The notes under the pieces: generated by a model
The model's database searches: none
Seen by the model: the letters and a program-made list of their open reading frames with translations, nothing else
Told to the model about the DNA's origin: nothing
Made by a program: the position numbers and the translations under genes
Part shown: positions 13,442 through 26,074 of the stretch, piece by piece
Layout: each line of letters begins with the position of its first letter
Position numbering within the stretch: the stretch's first letter is position 1
Source: Hyphochytrium catenoides
Lineage: Eukaryota > Protista > Hyphochytriomycota
Direction: 5' to 3'
NCBI GenBank assembly: GCA_900088475.1
Contig: FLMG01000727.1
Location: forward strand, 27,401 to 91,400
Length of the DNA: 64,000 nucleotides

Positions 13442-16400
13442 ATGGCTAAGGGGAAGATTGCGAAGGCTGGAAGGCGTCGGGAGGCTAGTGCTATACCGGC
13501 CCCTGGAGCGTTAGGTACCACCGTCGAATTTCTGACGTTGGATGCCATTCATGAGAAGCTGCGTCATCTGCTTCCCTCGGGTGAATTTGTTCCCGACAGT
13601 ACCCATATTGAGTGGATGTTGGGTAACAACATCCTTTTCGCAAGAAAACGATACAATGACCCTCACTGGCTGGTCGTTTCTCCAATGAGGAGATGACTGC
13701 TAAGCTCTTAGCCAGCATTATTCCCAAAGAGTCACTGCGCGAGCTTCATTATAGGGCTGACGTCCTTGAAGATCCGGCTGCGATGCTTGCTCTGGGTGAC
13801 TGCTACTACATGAAGCTAAAATGGCTTCCAGACAGGGATATCGTCCGCGGCAATACTTATACCCATCAGGCTGCGATGCTTGGCAACCCTGAGGCAATGA
13901 CACACGTGGCCTTTCTGACACATATCGCAATTAACACAATGCTTCAGCCGGTAAAGTACATGGCACTAACGTAGGGGTACTGTTATTCCTGGACTCTTCT
14001 ACTCTCCTCAACCCGCTCAGCCAACCGTCAAATCGTATGTCTCGTCTTCCTATAGCCCGGTGTTGCCTCTATCGTAATGAGACGCTTATTGTTATGAAAT
14101 CGTCTTCCTCACCCACTCTGCGTTTCTTCTTTACATCTTTGACGTGTGACATGGAGCTTCCTGCTGTTTTTGACTTCGATCGTGGTCTTCGCGTTCTCAC
14201 GGGCCTCGTTATGCCTTTCTCGTGATATAGGGCCTTCTTCCCCACTCAAACGAAGCTCTTGATCCAATACCACCTGCTTGGCGATTGCACCCGGAAGTCC
14301 GCAGGCATATGGAAGATATGTGGGGGTATTTGGAACACGCTGCGGCAGCTAACTGGATCTCTCCATTCCTGCTAAGAGAAACCCAGCAGGCCATCAGGAT
14401 GGGCTCTTGGACCCCGAGCCCTAAAATCATGCAGATAATGGCGCAACGCCAGCGAGAGGTGGAGGAGGAGAAGGAAGTGGCACAGCGAAAACACATTCAT
14501 CGCTGTTCGAACACGGGTTGTACCTTAAGGGCTGACAACACCGCGAACATGAAGACCTGCTCTAGGTGTCGCAATGCAAAGTATTGTTCAAAAGCATGTC
14601 AGCTAGCCCATTGGAGGGCCGGACATAAACGAGAGTGCAAACCGGCCTTGACAAACAGTGAAGAGAGGCACGTCAATACTTCCATAAGCAGCTCAAGAGG
14701 TTCTGAAGAAGAGAATAGCGAAATGAAAGCAGAACATAGCGATGACGAAGATGACATTCTCCTCTCAAAGCCTGGCTCAAGTATGATGTCAATAAACCTG
14801 GCGAACGGCCAGAAAATGGATCTTCGATCTACCACCATGGACTTAGGAGCTCTGCGGAACGCGCTAAAGAGAGAAGATACAGAAGCTCATCGTCGGCGCA
14901 TAGAGTCGAGGACGCGACTCCAACAAAGCGGGGCGTTGAATGTGTCCGTCCAGGATCTTCAGGATCATGCGGAACTGGAGATAGAAAGAGCGCATTACTC
15001 TCGAGCAGCTCGCTCGCTGACGTTCGCCATAGATAAGCTTCATGTGGACAATCCCGTGTACGGAGTGAATAGTGATGAGCGTAAGCAATACGCGAAGTTG
15101 CTCCTTCGGCGGGCTTGGTGCAACCTGAAGGCTGCCGAGGCGTGTCGATCAATTCCCCTAGTTGATGTAGTGATAGAGGATTGCATCTTCGTCCTCCACA
15201 CTGGGACGTTTGAAGCGAAGGATCTCTCAGAGAAAGCGTTGGCTGAGTTCCGAAGTATTGAAGAGGAAGGTGAAAAGTTGCTGAAGACCCTACAGAGAGA
15301 GGAGAGTGAAATGTTAACGGACAGTCCAAAGGAGGCACCGGAAGAATGCTTGGAAACGAAGACTGAAGAGACTAGTCGGTTGAATGGTGAACAATATCAC
15401 GAAGTAGTAGTCGAGGAATCCTCCTTGGACTCTTCCTACAATGATGGTCAGGCCCAAAGCGCGGCTTTGGCTGTACGACGTGTAGGACGGCGTGGTGACA
15501 GATTGCAGAGGGAGAGAGAGAGGAGACGAAGGCGGCAACAAGAGGAACGAAGACTGCAGCGTCGTAACGCCAGTAGTAGTCCTGGCGGAATGGCGAGACA
15601 AGAGAGACTTAAAGCGGTGTTCCCAGCTGAAGAGGAAGAAGATTTGAAGGACTTGGACATGATAAGCTGCCTGGACATTGCGGCTGCAGGTTGTGCCATC
15701 AATGCCTCAAGCAATGAGGAGTGCTGTCCCATCTGCCAGACAGAATGGGGCCAGTTTATAGAGCCTTCCCTAGCAGTCGTCCTTCCGTGTGGCCATGCAC
15801 TCTGTGCGTCTTGCCTTTCGCGCTTCTACGCTGAGTGTCAAAAGCCATTGGATAGTGATTATGCCGGAGATGATGCCTACACGTTCTTTTCCTGCACCAT
15901 TTGTCGAAGACGCCTACCTCGTCGCCTGCTGGAAGAAATGGCTGCCATTGTAGTAGAGCAGCAGCTGGTAAACTCCTTCTCCTTACTCTCAAACCATCTA
16001 CCGGTCAGCGTGATAGAAAGAGAGCGGTTGCTCCAACACTTGTTGGTGCAGCACTCCTTCGATGTGGTCAAGGTGGAGGATGTGCTATTTAATATGCTTG
16101 GGCTGCTTACCGACCCGAATACTAGCTCCGAGCTGACCACTGAGGATAAGCAGGAATTCTATCAGATCGCCCGCGCACCTGTGCAGAAGCTTCAGGATGA
16201 GTATGTGCAGCTTCGCCAGAAGCTATCTAGTGTCCTGGACACAAGCACCAGAAGCTGGAAGCTCAAGTATAAGAAGCTTACGAACCTTCGTCATCGGCTG
16301 GCTGAAGCGCGTCTGAATGCCGCTAAGGATATCTTTGAGCGGATGAACAATGCAGGAGGTGAGGGAATGGGCAGGCTGGAAGAGGATAGAGAAACGGGTT

Positions 16401-16708
16401 GTGTGAAAGGAGTGCGAGACATCCACGTCGACCTTCATGGGCTGCATGTAAGGGAGGCTAAGGAGATACTACTGGAGTTTGTCCTCCCAATTCTCCCTGT
16501 GGTCCGGAAGGTCGTTCTTATCACCGGCAGAGGTGCTCACAGTGAGGCAGGCGTAGGTGTGCTGAAGCCGGCCTTAAAAGAATTTGTGAGAAACTTTGAG
16601 GCCGAGTGCAACAGTGACGAGCTGCACAAGCTCCTGGGACAGCGGCTTGTCTGTGAGGATGTCATGCGGAATGATGGACTTTTAAAAGTTCGACTGGCCG
16701 AGTGCTGA
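13442..16708 (+). CDS. Sel1-like repeat + zf-MYND + TPR-like + RING finger + Smr domain protein (5' part out of frame at about 13670-13696)
   Basis: Sel1-like: 'DPAAMLALGDCYY...AAMLGNPEAM'. Intron 13951-14230. MYND: 'CSNTGC..CSRCRNAKYCSKACQLAHWRAGHKREC'. TPR-like: 'AKLLLRRAWCNLK'. RING: 'CPICQ..LPCGHALCASC..CTICR'. Smr: 'VDLHGLHVREA..VVLITGRGAHS..LKPALKEF..NDGLLKVRL'. Confidence 0.85.
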
Positions 16709-16844
16709 CCCTCGTGGTAGATGTGGAACGCTGCGTGTCTATTAGAGCATAAAGCCCCTCAAGATTATGGCAAGGACTGTCAATTGATAAATAGAACTCT
16801 TCGTCATATCACAGCGAACTGGCAGTCTGGCTGTCCCGTTTGTT

Positions 16845-16903
16845 TCATTGACTTAGGAACATGCTTCATTGACTTGAAAAAGATGCTTCATTGACTTAGA
16901 AAG
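16845..16903. repeat. Three imperfect copies of a ~22-bp unit containing TTCATTGACTT
   Basis: Read directly: ttcattgacttaggaac / atgcttcattgacttgaaaaag / atgcttcattgacttagaaag. Confidence 0.8.
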
Positions 16904-18438
16904 ACAGAAAAAGAAAAGAAGGGCTGAGTCCTTTCTTAGATAAAGCAGGGTCAAAATGAAGACAGTTGAGACCAGAAAGGAGAGGCATTTTAGTCTCTCG
17001 TGGCCAGTGGAGCCCACCCCGTTTGTCCCTTTTCCTATTGTCAGAGTAGTAAGTTGGCTCCTAATCTCTCCTCCATCTCAACCCCGAGTACCGCTGTTGC
17101 CATCAAGGAAGGTAAGGGGTTCTGTCAAACCCAACTTCCCCGCTGCTCTGAGGAAAAGAGTGACCTCTATTACCACTGCTTAACTGGCAGCCGCAAAGGG
17201 CATGTGTCACTCCTACTTCCGCATCGAGTAAGAGAGATACGTATATGGTGAGATGGCTTTCAGTCTTGAAGTGCGAAGCTGTTGGGCTTGTGGCCCTTGT
17301 GTTCCCTGCTATAAGGACCATAAAAGCCGCAAGCGACATTGATTCGGGCACGGGGATCAAAGAATTTGAAGAACCAAACAGGACGAAGCACTTGGAACCT
17401 GTGAGAGCGCGATAGGCTTTGCCGAGCGGTAGCCTATCCGTACGAAGCTGAGTGCTCAACAAACTTTATAATAAGAACTCTGGCCGACCTCTCCAAGAAG
17501 CTCAGCAGAATCCGCCAGACCTTGACTGTCATAAGGGGAGGAGGCGTCTGAGCTCGGAGCTCAGAGCTCGGAGATGGAAGATTGGCAAGTGGCTAAGAAA
17601 GAGCTCACAGATGGTCTCTGAGTACTGGGGTAGGTCTGAAGTGAGGCACGTTCTTGAAAAGGAGAAGGGGTAAAACGCACTNNNNNNNNNNNNNNNNNNN
17701 NNNNNNNNNNNNNNNNNNNNNNNNNNNNNNNNNNNNNNNNNNNNNNNNNNNNNNNNNNNNNNNNNNNNNNNNNNNNNNNNNNNNNNNNNNNNNNNNNNNN
17801 NCACACTCTCTCTCTCTTCTGCCTCTTTCTTTCTGGTCTCTCTCACCTCTCACCTCGCTCTAGACTCGAGGAACTATTCTGCGGCGTTACCCATCGGACC
17901 TCACTCCTCTCTTTCTTCTCCTCATCGGCATCGACGGGGTAGGAACTAGTACATCTCTCTTGCAGACCAGCTTGCAAGCAACAGCTTCTTTCTCCTTCGT
18001 CCGTCTTATGTTCCCATCGTTCTCAATCTCTCTATAAACTCATCTCGGTCCTTGGCTGGGCTGGAGTAAAAAACCGGGCCCCGGGACAGCGACCGCTACG
18101 CATCTGCTCACCCGCTTGCGCCTCAAACCTCTCTATTCTTAACTTCTTCTAGCTTCTATCGCTTGTTATCGTGACTCCTCTGCTGTCCTGACCCTCCATG
18201 TAAAGCTCCCTTCACATATATCGAGTCAGAGCGAAGAAGAACTTTGGCCACAGCTCTATACAAACGACAAGCTCTTCTTCATCACCTCGCCACCGATTCA
18301 TTTCTTCTTCAGAGTCTTCCGGTACTCAGTGATCTCTTCCTTGTAATCTCTCTCTCTCTCTCTCCTCTCTTTTTTTCTTTCTCTAGCTATCTATCTCCGG
18401 CGCCATCTGTCCACTGGCTGTTCCCCGTTTCGAGAAGG

Positions 18439-20200
18439 ATGAGCTTTAGCGACTTTCATGGCACTACATCGAGTTCCCAAGGCTACCGAGGTACCTTGGA
18501 CAACAGATCCATTGCCTCCACGGTTGTACCACCCATCACAAATGCTGGTATAGTCCTTCATCGTGCCTCTCTCTCCAACAGCGTTGCCTTCCTTTTCAAC
18601 AGCCGCAGAGAGTTCCTAGCGCCCTTGCGTCGCTCCGCATCTCGCCTTCTTCCGTCACTCTGTGCAATCTTTTCTTCCTCTGCTCTATTCTCCATCTTCC
18701 TGTCCGCTCCTTCTCGCTTTTTCTTCTCCCTACATCTCCTTATCCAAACCTTTATCTGTCGGTTTCTTTCGTCTGTGAGGGGTTTGTCCCAATGTCAAAC
18801 TTAGTTCGCTGTGTGATCCAGGGAGACGGACGTCCACAACCGGAGAGTATGAGGAGCTGATGCGGGAGATCGGTCGGAAGATGCAGCAGTATCAGCAGCA
18901 GATGATGGCAGTAGAGAGGCTGGGAGCCAACACTAGAGCACCTACCGGTATGGGAGACACTAACATCTACCCTTCTGTCTCGTTGCTACCCTTCTTTCCG
19001 CCACCACTCTATCGACAGACGTTCTCAGCAAACCGTCAGTTTGTTTACTCAGCCTGCGGCTGTCCAGACATCGTGTTGCCTCTTCGCCAACTTTTCTAGC
19101 TCAATCCGTCCTCTGACACCCAAGCTTTCACTTGTCACAGCTAGTTCGGAATCAGAACTCCAGGCAAAAGTCGATGCCACACTTCGGCTGCAAGGTGAGA
19201 TCGCAGCGCAACTGTCAACCCCGCCACCAGAGAAATACCGGACTCAACACAAGAAGGTAAGACGAACAGAGGAGGAGGGCCTCTTGGTAGTGGGCAAGAT
19301 GTGCGATAGAGAAGGTCGAGACACAGGGAGGACAGAGGGAGAAGACCACCACACGTAAGAGTAAGGTGCGAAAGATGGCGTCCAGTTCCAGGCAAGGCTA
19401 GGACAGCCAATATGAGGGGATACTCGAGGAACAAGACTGGAAGCGGTCAATGATGCATCGAGCTAACGCAAAGAATTACTCTTAGCTTTCGCGCGATTTC
19501 GAACAAATCGTTTTGATGTTTCAGAAGATGTGGCTCTCCATAGAGCGAATGAGAAGCTCAAACTACCAGGATCTCGACACTACGAGCGACCAAGGTTTGC
19601 ATATCCCTCTGGCCCTTGATTGTTTCGCGACCTAGTCCATCTTCCCTTGTGATTGCTAGCTGCTCTAAATACATTGGCAAAAGTCTTTGCTTCGCTATCT
19701 ATGTGGACCGGCTCCTCCTGGAGATCGGGCTCTTGGAGGATCCCTCACGTCCCTTGCGTCTCTTAATCTTTACCAGATGTGATAAGCGCTGAGGAGATTC
19801 AGTTCCGAAAGCTTGACAACGACATCTCACATCACGAGGCACTGATCAGAGAGAGAAACCAAGAGCTAACTGAGATTCATAAGTCAATTGTAGAGGTAGA
19901 TTATCCCTAATGTTTCTCTTCCTTTGTCTCTTCTGGTGATGGGCCAATGATGGGCCACTTCTGTGTCGACATCCGTGTCACTAAAGCTCTCTTTGACTGA
20001 CCGGTCTTTGACACCCTTCATTTAATCTCTCACTAAAGGTGAACGGCCTTTTCAAGGACGTCGCTCACCTGGTCCAGAGTCAGGAAGAGCAAATAGATAC
20101 GATAGAAAACTATGTCGCGGACGCCCGGGACCGAACGGCACAGGGTCTACAGCACGTGCGAGAAGCAGCAGAGAACCAAAGGACATGCGTCATACAATAA
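18439..20200 (+). CDS. Syntaxin (Qa-SNARE, STX7/12-Pep12-like) lacking a transmembrane helix and ending in CVIQ
   Basis: Starts MSFSDF. Habc-like exons are followed by a SNARE motif split by one intron: 'EALIRERNQELTEIHKSIVE|VNGLFKDVAHLVQSQEEQIDTIENYVADARDRTAQGLQHVREAAENQRTCVIQ*'. Confidence 0.85.
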
Positions 20201-20287
20201 AGGATCTGCCCTTGACTACCCTAGGCCTCCCAATCAAGATTTGATGATGCTTCACTTGGGTTCTGGGTGACGTTGAGAACCAACGCT

Positions 20288-23200
20288 TCAACTCAACTTG
20301 AGCACTTCCGCAATTCCTATCTTTTCATGGTCGTCTTCTTCACTTTCTCCATCCTCCACTTCGTCCTCATTGCCACTTTCGCCTGAAAACCTGATATTTG
20401 GGTGCATTGAAGAGCCTCTGCTTTGGAGAATGCTTCTGGCCGCATCCAGCACCTTCATGTCCTCCTTGGCTTTCTCCAGGGCGGCCTTCGCTTCCTCTAT
20501 GTCTTGTTTTGTCCTTATGGGCTTGCCAATAAGATTTTTCGACGCAGAGAGTGCGGCCCCTTCCTGTTTTTCTAGGATTGGAGGCCCAGGGAGATGCGGC
20601 TGGACGACGTGGCAAACGAAGGCATCGCAGAAAACGAGTCAGATAATTGTAGAAATTAAGCGTCGCTGTCGACTATTTGTAGAAATTAAGCGTCGCTGTC
20701 GACTACCTGACGTCTCTTCTGGCTGTGGACACCGCTCACCCTCTTCGTGGGCACCTTGTCTTCATCGGTGTCATCCTCATCAGTCGAGAATAGATCCTGT
20801 AAGGATGATGATGATACAAAAAGCATGAGCCTGGAAGACAGGGAGGATATACCTTCACCAGAAGGCCCGTACCTTCTTCATGGCTTCGAGGGATCTCTCA
20901 TTGGCGCGAATGAGCTGAACAATCTCCTCGTCGAACTCCTCGCATTCGTCCAAAATCTACCGAAAATGCAAAACATAGGTCAGGATCCTATTGAAGCTGA
21001 CACTTGCGACAGAGGAAAGGATGTCCCCCAGGTATACACGCCCACAGTTAGGCTTGAAGATCTTGCTCGGAGAACAGTTGACAGAAAAGGGGAAAGTTCG
21101 CAATATTGCCCTACCTCTTTAGCGGTTTTGGGCCTAACAAGGACCTCATCCTTATACTTAAGAGTCTGCACCTCAGCCTGTGGAGTCACGTAGCGAGTTC
21201 AAGAGCGAAAGCTATGAGGACCTAGTAAAGCAGATGGGAAGGAACGACACAGCCCTCTTCATCACCTTCATCTGGTCTCTTTCGGCCTCAAGGCTTGAAA
21301 TCTTCGCTAGCAATGTTTTCCTTTCCTGGGGTCAGTGGAGCTCGTCAGAAGTCAGAAACAGAAGAAAGAATGAGAGCTGTAAGAGCGAAAAAGAAAGGAA
21401 AGAAATAACATATAAACAGATGCAGGCAGCAGAAGTGAGCCTTCGCCAGCGAAGAAGAGGTGATGGCGGGAGCATACTGGGAGAAAAACCGTGGCAGTAG
21501 AAGCAGTCATAATCATATTGACCTCAGAAATGGCATAGAGGTTGGCATTCTCTGTCTTCAAGCGGCGATTCTCTTCCAAAAGTTCTTCTATGTATTTCTC
21601 TCTCTGGGAGCCGTCGGTCGTCTGTGCATCTTCACGCTCTTCGCTTTGTCGCCCCAAGGCCGAGAGCTGCGTGCTTCTAAGCACTTCCTTCTCCATCTGT
21701 AAAGTCTCTACTACTTTCAAAAGCTTGCGAATGGTTGCATGTGGATCAGAAGGGTCCACCATCTGTAACGAGGAAGGGACAGGGTGAGCTATGTCCTCCC
21801 GTGCTCTTATAAGTGGTCTTCTCCTGTTTGGGCGCTTCCGTTCCTCTCCTTGTGAAAATAGTGAGAATAACGACACTCCACGCTTACCTGGAGAGTTACG
21901 GAAGTGGGGATCTCATCGTTCAGTTCTTCCCTGGCTTCCTAAGGGACGCGGGTTAGCTTTGTCCTGGCTAAGAACTGACTAAGAAAGGAGGAAACGTTCT
22001 TTGGAGGAGGTATAGCATGAGGGAAATAGGTTAGGGAGCCGGAGAGCAAGTCAAGGGGCAATAGCGGCTAGGTTGACCAGAGTTCTTCGGTCCATTATAT
22101 TCCTTCCTCATTACCCTTGCAGTCTGTCTTGCAGATAGGTTCTCTTGAAGAGTGCTGTCGCTGCTGCCCGTTCCGGGTCTTGAAGGGTTGTTCTCTTCCC
22201 CTTCGCGAGGAGACGAGCGGTAAGCTGATCCTCTGAGTCTTTCCACAAATGACACTGACTTCTGTGACCTATATGCCATGCTATGTAAGTTTTCTTTTAT
22301 GACAGGCAAATATAGCTTGACTGCTACAAAAGATCAACATTACAGCTCCTACTTACCTCGGGGTAGGCGCAGAACCATCACTGCTGGCACTAAAGCGAGA
22401 GCGACAGGTCTCCATGACCTGTCGGGGAGTGGCCTCTGGCTCTCTAAGAACGGACTGAAGGCAAGAAGAATGTAAAGGTCAGAGACAGAGCGTAAAGTGC
22501 CAGGGAAGGCCACAAGCAACAGCGTAGTCAACAGCTTGACGAGCAGAAAATGTGTACGAAACAGCTACGTGGGATAACGGGAGATGCACACAGAATAAAA
22601 GAATCAGGGAAGCCCAACGTATAACAAGTCCATGTAAAGGCACGGGTCTCTACCTCTGCCAAATAGGATGTAAGAAGGGCGTTGCTATTGAGTGACTCCG
22701 TTGAAAAGAGCCTAGCACTGCCGCGGGGGAGAGCTGGAACAAGCGTCGCAGAGGAGGAGACGGTATATCAGCTTTTCATGGCGTAATGATGATCCTCGAA
22801 GTCAAAGAACACAAAGGAGGACTAGTGAGAGGAGAAACGGAAGTGGAAAAGTTCTATGTTAAGGGATTGGCTGGGTAGGGAAGCCGAACTGTTAAGGGCA
22901 TGGCAAGGTAATGAAGCCCGACGGTGAGCACAAAGAAGGACCCAATGTCTTCACACCTGCTTGTGACTCTGTACCGGGAGTGCTGGTGACTGCCCTCGCT
23001 ATGGCCGTGCCAGGCCTACCGGGCTCTGAAAGAGTATTTGTCAGCTAGAGTGCATTGTTCTATACGATTAGGGGGAGAGGTGCTAAATCATTTCTGTCTC
23101 TTGTCTCGTGTACGGGTGACCCCTTGCTTCCCAAGAGCAGGACTTACCATTCTGTCTTTCAATTAAACCCTGGAAGTACTCGTCTGCAAGCTCTTTGTCC

Positions 23201-24858
23201 AGAGAGGAAACGACCTCTCCGTCAAGCTCTCCTAGCCGAGGCAGCGCTCTTAGGGTGCGATGCCGATACCCGGGGCTGGAGAAGGCACATGGATTGCCAT
23301 CAAGATCCAAAGATCTTAACTGTGGAGATATCCGATTAGAAAGACGTGGTCAGACAGAAAGAGCCCTGAAATGACAGCGAGAAAGAGCTGAACGAAGCCA
23401 TGACAGGGACAAAGAGGTTGGACCATTGAACAAAGGTCTAGAAGGCTAAGACATCACATCTACCTTCCTGGAAAGCACCTACCTTGGAAAGCCCTCGAAG
23501 CACGGCCAAGGCTGTCTCAAGCGCCGGAATGCAGTTTCCATACAGGGAGAGCGTTTGGAGTTGAGGAAGACCCGCCAAGCAGTCCAAAGAACGGATCTAT
23601 GAGCTATGCTTTAGATAACGATATATCTTCTATATCATAGAGTGAAAGAGGCTGCCACTGAAGAAAAGGAAGAGAGGACACAGTAGAAGCGAGTAGAAAA
23701 GGCTCAGAAAGCGAGAGAATGCGTGCTCCAGCGACACACCAACTTAGTAGCTAGCTCACGAGCCACGTCACACGTCAGAAATAGTTATGGAGAAGAGCAG
23801 CTCTCTGAGGAGAAGGTGGACAGTGATTGGATGTAAGAAGATAGCTAAGCAGGTGCTAGAAGTCAGATAAGAAATGATATGAGAGACATTTGCACCAAAG
23901 GCCATCGCTGACTCACCTTGTTATTTGCAGCGTAGAGCCGCTTTAGGTTCTTGCAGCGGAGGTTCGTTAGGGACTCCAGTTGGTTAAAGTTCAGGTTGAG
24001 CTGCCAGAAGACACTTCACTTAGAATCTTATACTAATAGAGAAGAATAGAGGAAGAAAACACGCCGGAAGAGATAACAAGGCAGAGAGGAGTCAGAGCGG
24101 GAGAAACAGAGACTTAGGGGCAGCACATGAGGATGCGAAAGATAAGGGCAGTCAATCTGTAAGTGTAAGGGATGCTAGAGGAAGGCAGACACCTAGCCTA
24201 GCAGGCAGCAAGGATACGCCCATGCTTCTTCACTCACCTCCTCTAGCGCGACGAGGTGCTCAAAATTTGCAAGTGAGGTAAAACAATTGTGTGAGAGGGA
24301 GAGAATCCGCAGGCCTGAGAGCGTGACCGCGCAATCATCAGCCAGCGAAGAGAGGTTCAGCTTGCGTAGGATGACCTGCAAGGACAGAGGTGAGCAAATA
24401 CTTCCACAGAATTTCTCCCCTTACCCTGTTCCCTTCAGACCGCTCTCACACTCTGCTATCCTCCCTCCTCTTTCTACCCTTCTTATCTCAGTTCACTAGA
24501 GGTCATCAGGGCTTCCTCTCACTCTCTTTTGTTAGTCGCTCATCTCTATATCTCTCCAACCTGGGACACCCACCTCTTGAAGGCTATTCAGATCTCTGGC
24601 GCCTGTATACTCCTTAACCAGTGACAGGGAGAGGAGGCCATCTCCGTTTGTCTCGCTCCGCCCGTCTTCGATATGGTCTGAAGGGCTCCATGGATCTTCG
24701 GGGCTCACTTTGGCTTGAACTCCGAATCTCCTGGAGCTCTCTATCGCGCTGAGAATCTCCGTCTCAAGGGCGTCTGACGGCTCTTCCTCTACGCCCTTGC
24801 TATAAAGAGACAGCGCATCCACGTCGGAGCGATGACCAGTCGCACCTTCTCTGGTCAT
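20288..24858 (-). CDS. N-terminal leucine-rich repeat plus C-terminal coiled-coil protein (possibly centrosomal or flagellar)
   Basis: LRR exons read 'LRKLNLSSL..LSGLRILSLSHNCFTSLANFEHLVALEE', 'LNLNFNQLESLTNLRCKNLKRLYAANN' and 'LPQLQTLSLYGNCI'. The LRR cap is 'LDLDGNPC..YRHRTLRALPRLGELDG'. The coiled coil includes 'IEELLEENRRLKTENANL'. Confidence 0.75.
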
Positions 24859-25198
24859 GGTGTGCCTCCAAGCGCTGTACACTCGCAGTACTGCGAGCTA
24901 GCGGTTTGATGGAGAGGATCTTAGGGAGAATGTGGGCGACTTAGGACTGAACGATCATCTTCTCATCAGGCTTTCGAACCACCGAGAGTGAATGTAAACT
25001 AAACTCTGCAGCCTTCGTTCTGGTCACGACCTCTGCAGGCTTCTGGCCTTGTCCTGTCGCTGTTCTCACCCTATACCCGTCTCCTTAGCTTCTCTTCCTC
25101 AAGCCATCAGTCCACTACTCCTATTCTTCTCTTCACTTCCCCTCTCCCATGTTGATTGCTAGTCCACTTTTCTTTCTATTCCCTCTCGTGTGTCTCTC

Positions 25199-25202
<4 letters not shown>

Positions 25203-25249
<47 letters not shown>

Positions 25250-25300
25250 TTCTCTCCGTCGCTCTCTGTCGCTCTCTGTCTCTCTCTTCCTCTTGATCTC
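25203..25300. repeat. (CT)n microsatellite and pyrimidine tract between divergent genes
   Basis: Long run of ct dinucleotides seen directly. Confidence 0.9.
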
Positions 25301-25703
25301 TCTTCTTCATCCAATAGCTTTTCGGGATGGGCGTTACATTGGTAAACCTACGATTTGGTCAGCAATACACTTTCAGTATCAGGTTCAAAACAAAGGGTCG
25401 ATCGCCGAAATCGTAATGTTACATTCCCCTCAAGTAGCTTTCTACCATCTCAAAAGAACAACAAGTTTCTCTCTCTCTCTCTTCTCCTTCCTCACTTCTC
25501 TCAGGAGTCGCAAGGTCTGGTGGCTCGTACAAGCAAGTCAGAGGCTCTGAGCCAGCAGCCTTGACGAAGAGACATAAGGTTGCCGCTTCATATCCATCAT
25601 TGCTAGCTCCACAGTGGCCCACGGAAGTCTTCACTTACCCATCAAGCGGCTAATCTGACAGGAAGCCTGGCTGCCCACGCCGTCAGACCAGTACCTTGCC
25701 AAA

Positions 25704-26074
25704 ATGCCAGAATCCACGATCACAATGGCCGGCGATAGCGCACAGGTGATGGAAGGAATGGTGGACTATGCCCAGAGACATCAAATCAACAAAGGTGAGG
25801 CGTCAGTGCCTTGGTTTGGTTCTTCAACAGTTTTTGTTCTGTTTGCATTGACAGGCAAACTTGTCCCTTCTCCCTGCTTTCGATTGCCTCTTCTATTATG
25901 AAAAGTCGCTTGTTCCTGGTCAGATACTAACTATGTAGTTGGTTCTAATCACTTGACATCTTCTCTTGCTTTATAGGCATGAAAGCTCTTTTGGAGAAGC
26001 TGTTGCAAGAGAAACCTCAGGACCCAATTGACTATATGATTGGGCTCCTTCAAGCGGAAAAAGTATTCACATAG
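25704..26074 (+). CDS. Small (~62 aa) Dpy-30/RIIa dimerization-docking (D/D) domain protein, 2 exons
   Basis: The spliced product (intron about 25795-25976) is 'MPESTITMAGDSAQVMEGMVDYAQRHQINKGMKALLEKLLQEKPQDPIDYMIGLLQAEKVFT*'. It fits the Y-x3-H-x-I...LL-x-x-KP-x-DP-I-x-Y D/D pattern. Confidence 0.7.

Noticed and set aside
14599-16447. Numerous antisense ORFs over long exons (also at 11628-12147, 20298-21982 and 44190-45820)
   Set aside because: They are shadows of real coding sequence on the opposite strand or in another frame.
16935-18240. Possible small spliced gene or TE relic on the minus strand around the N-gap
   Set aside because: Splice-like signals exist, but no recognisable protein emerges and the gap prevents a model.
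20647-20705. AATTTCTAC on the minus strand, resembling a Cas12a repeat
   Set aside because: Only two adjacent copies of an intronic 30-bp duplication with no spacer.
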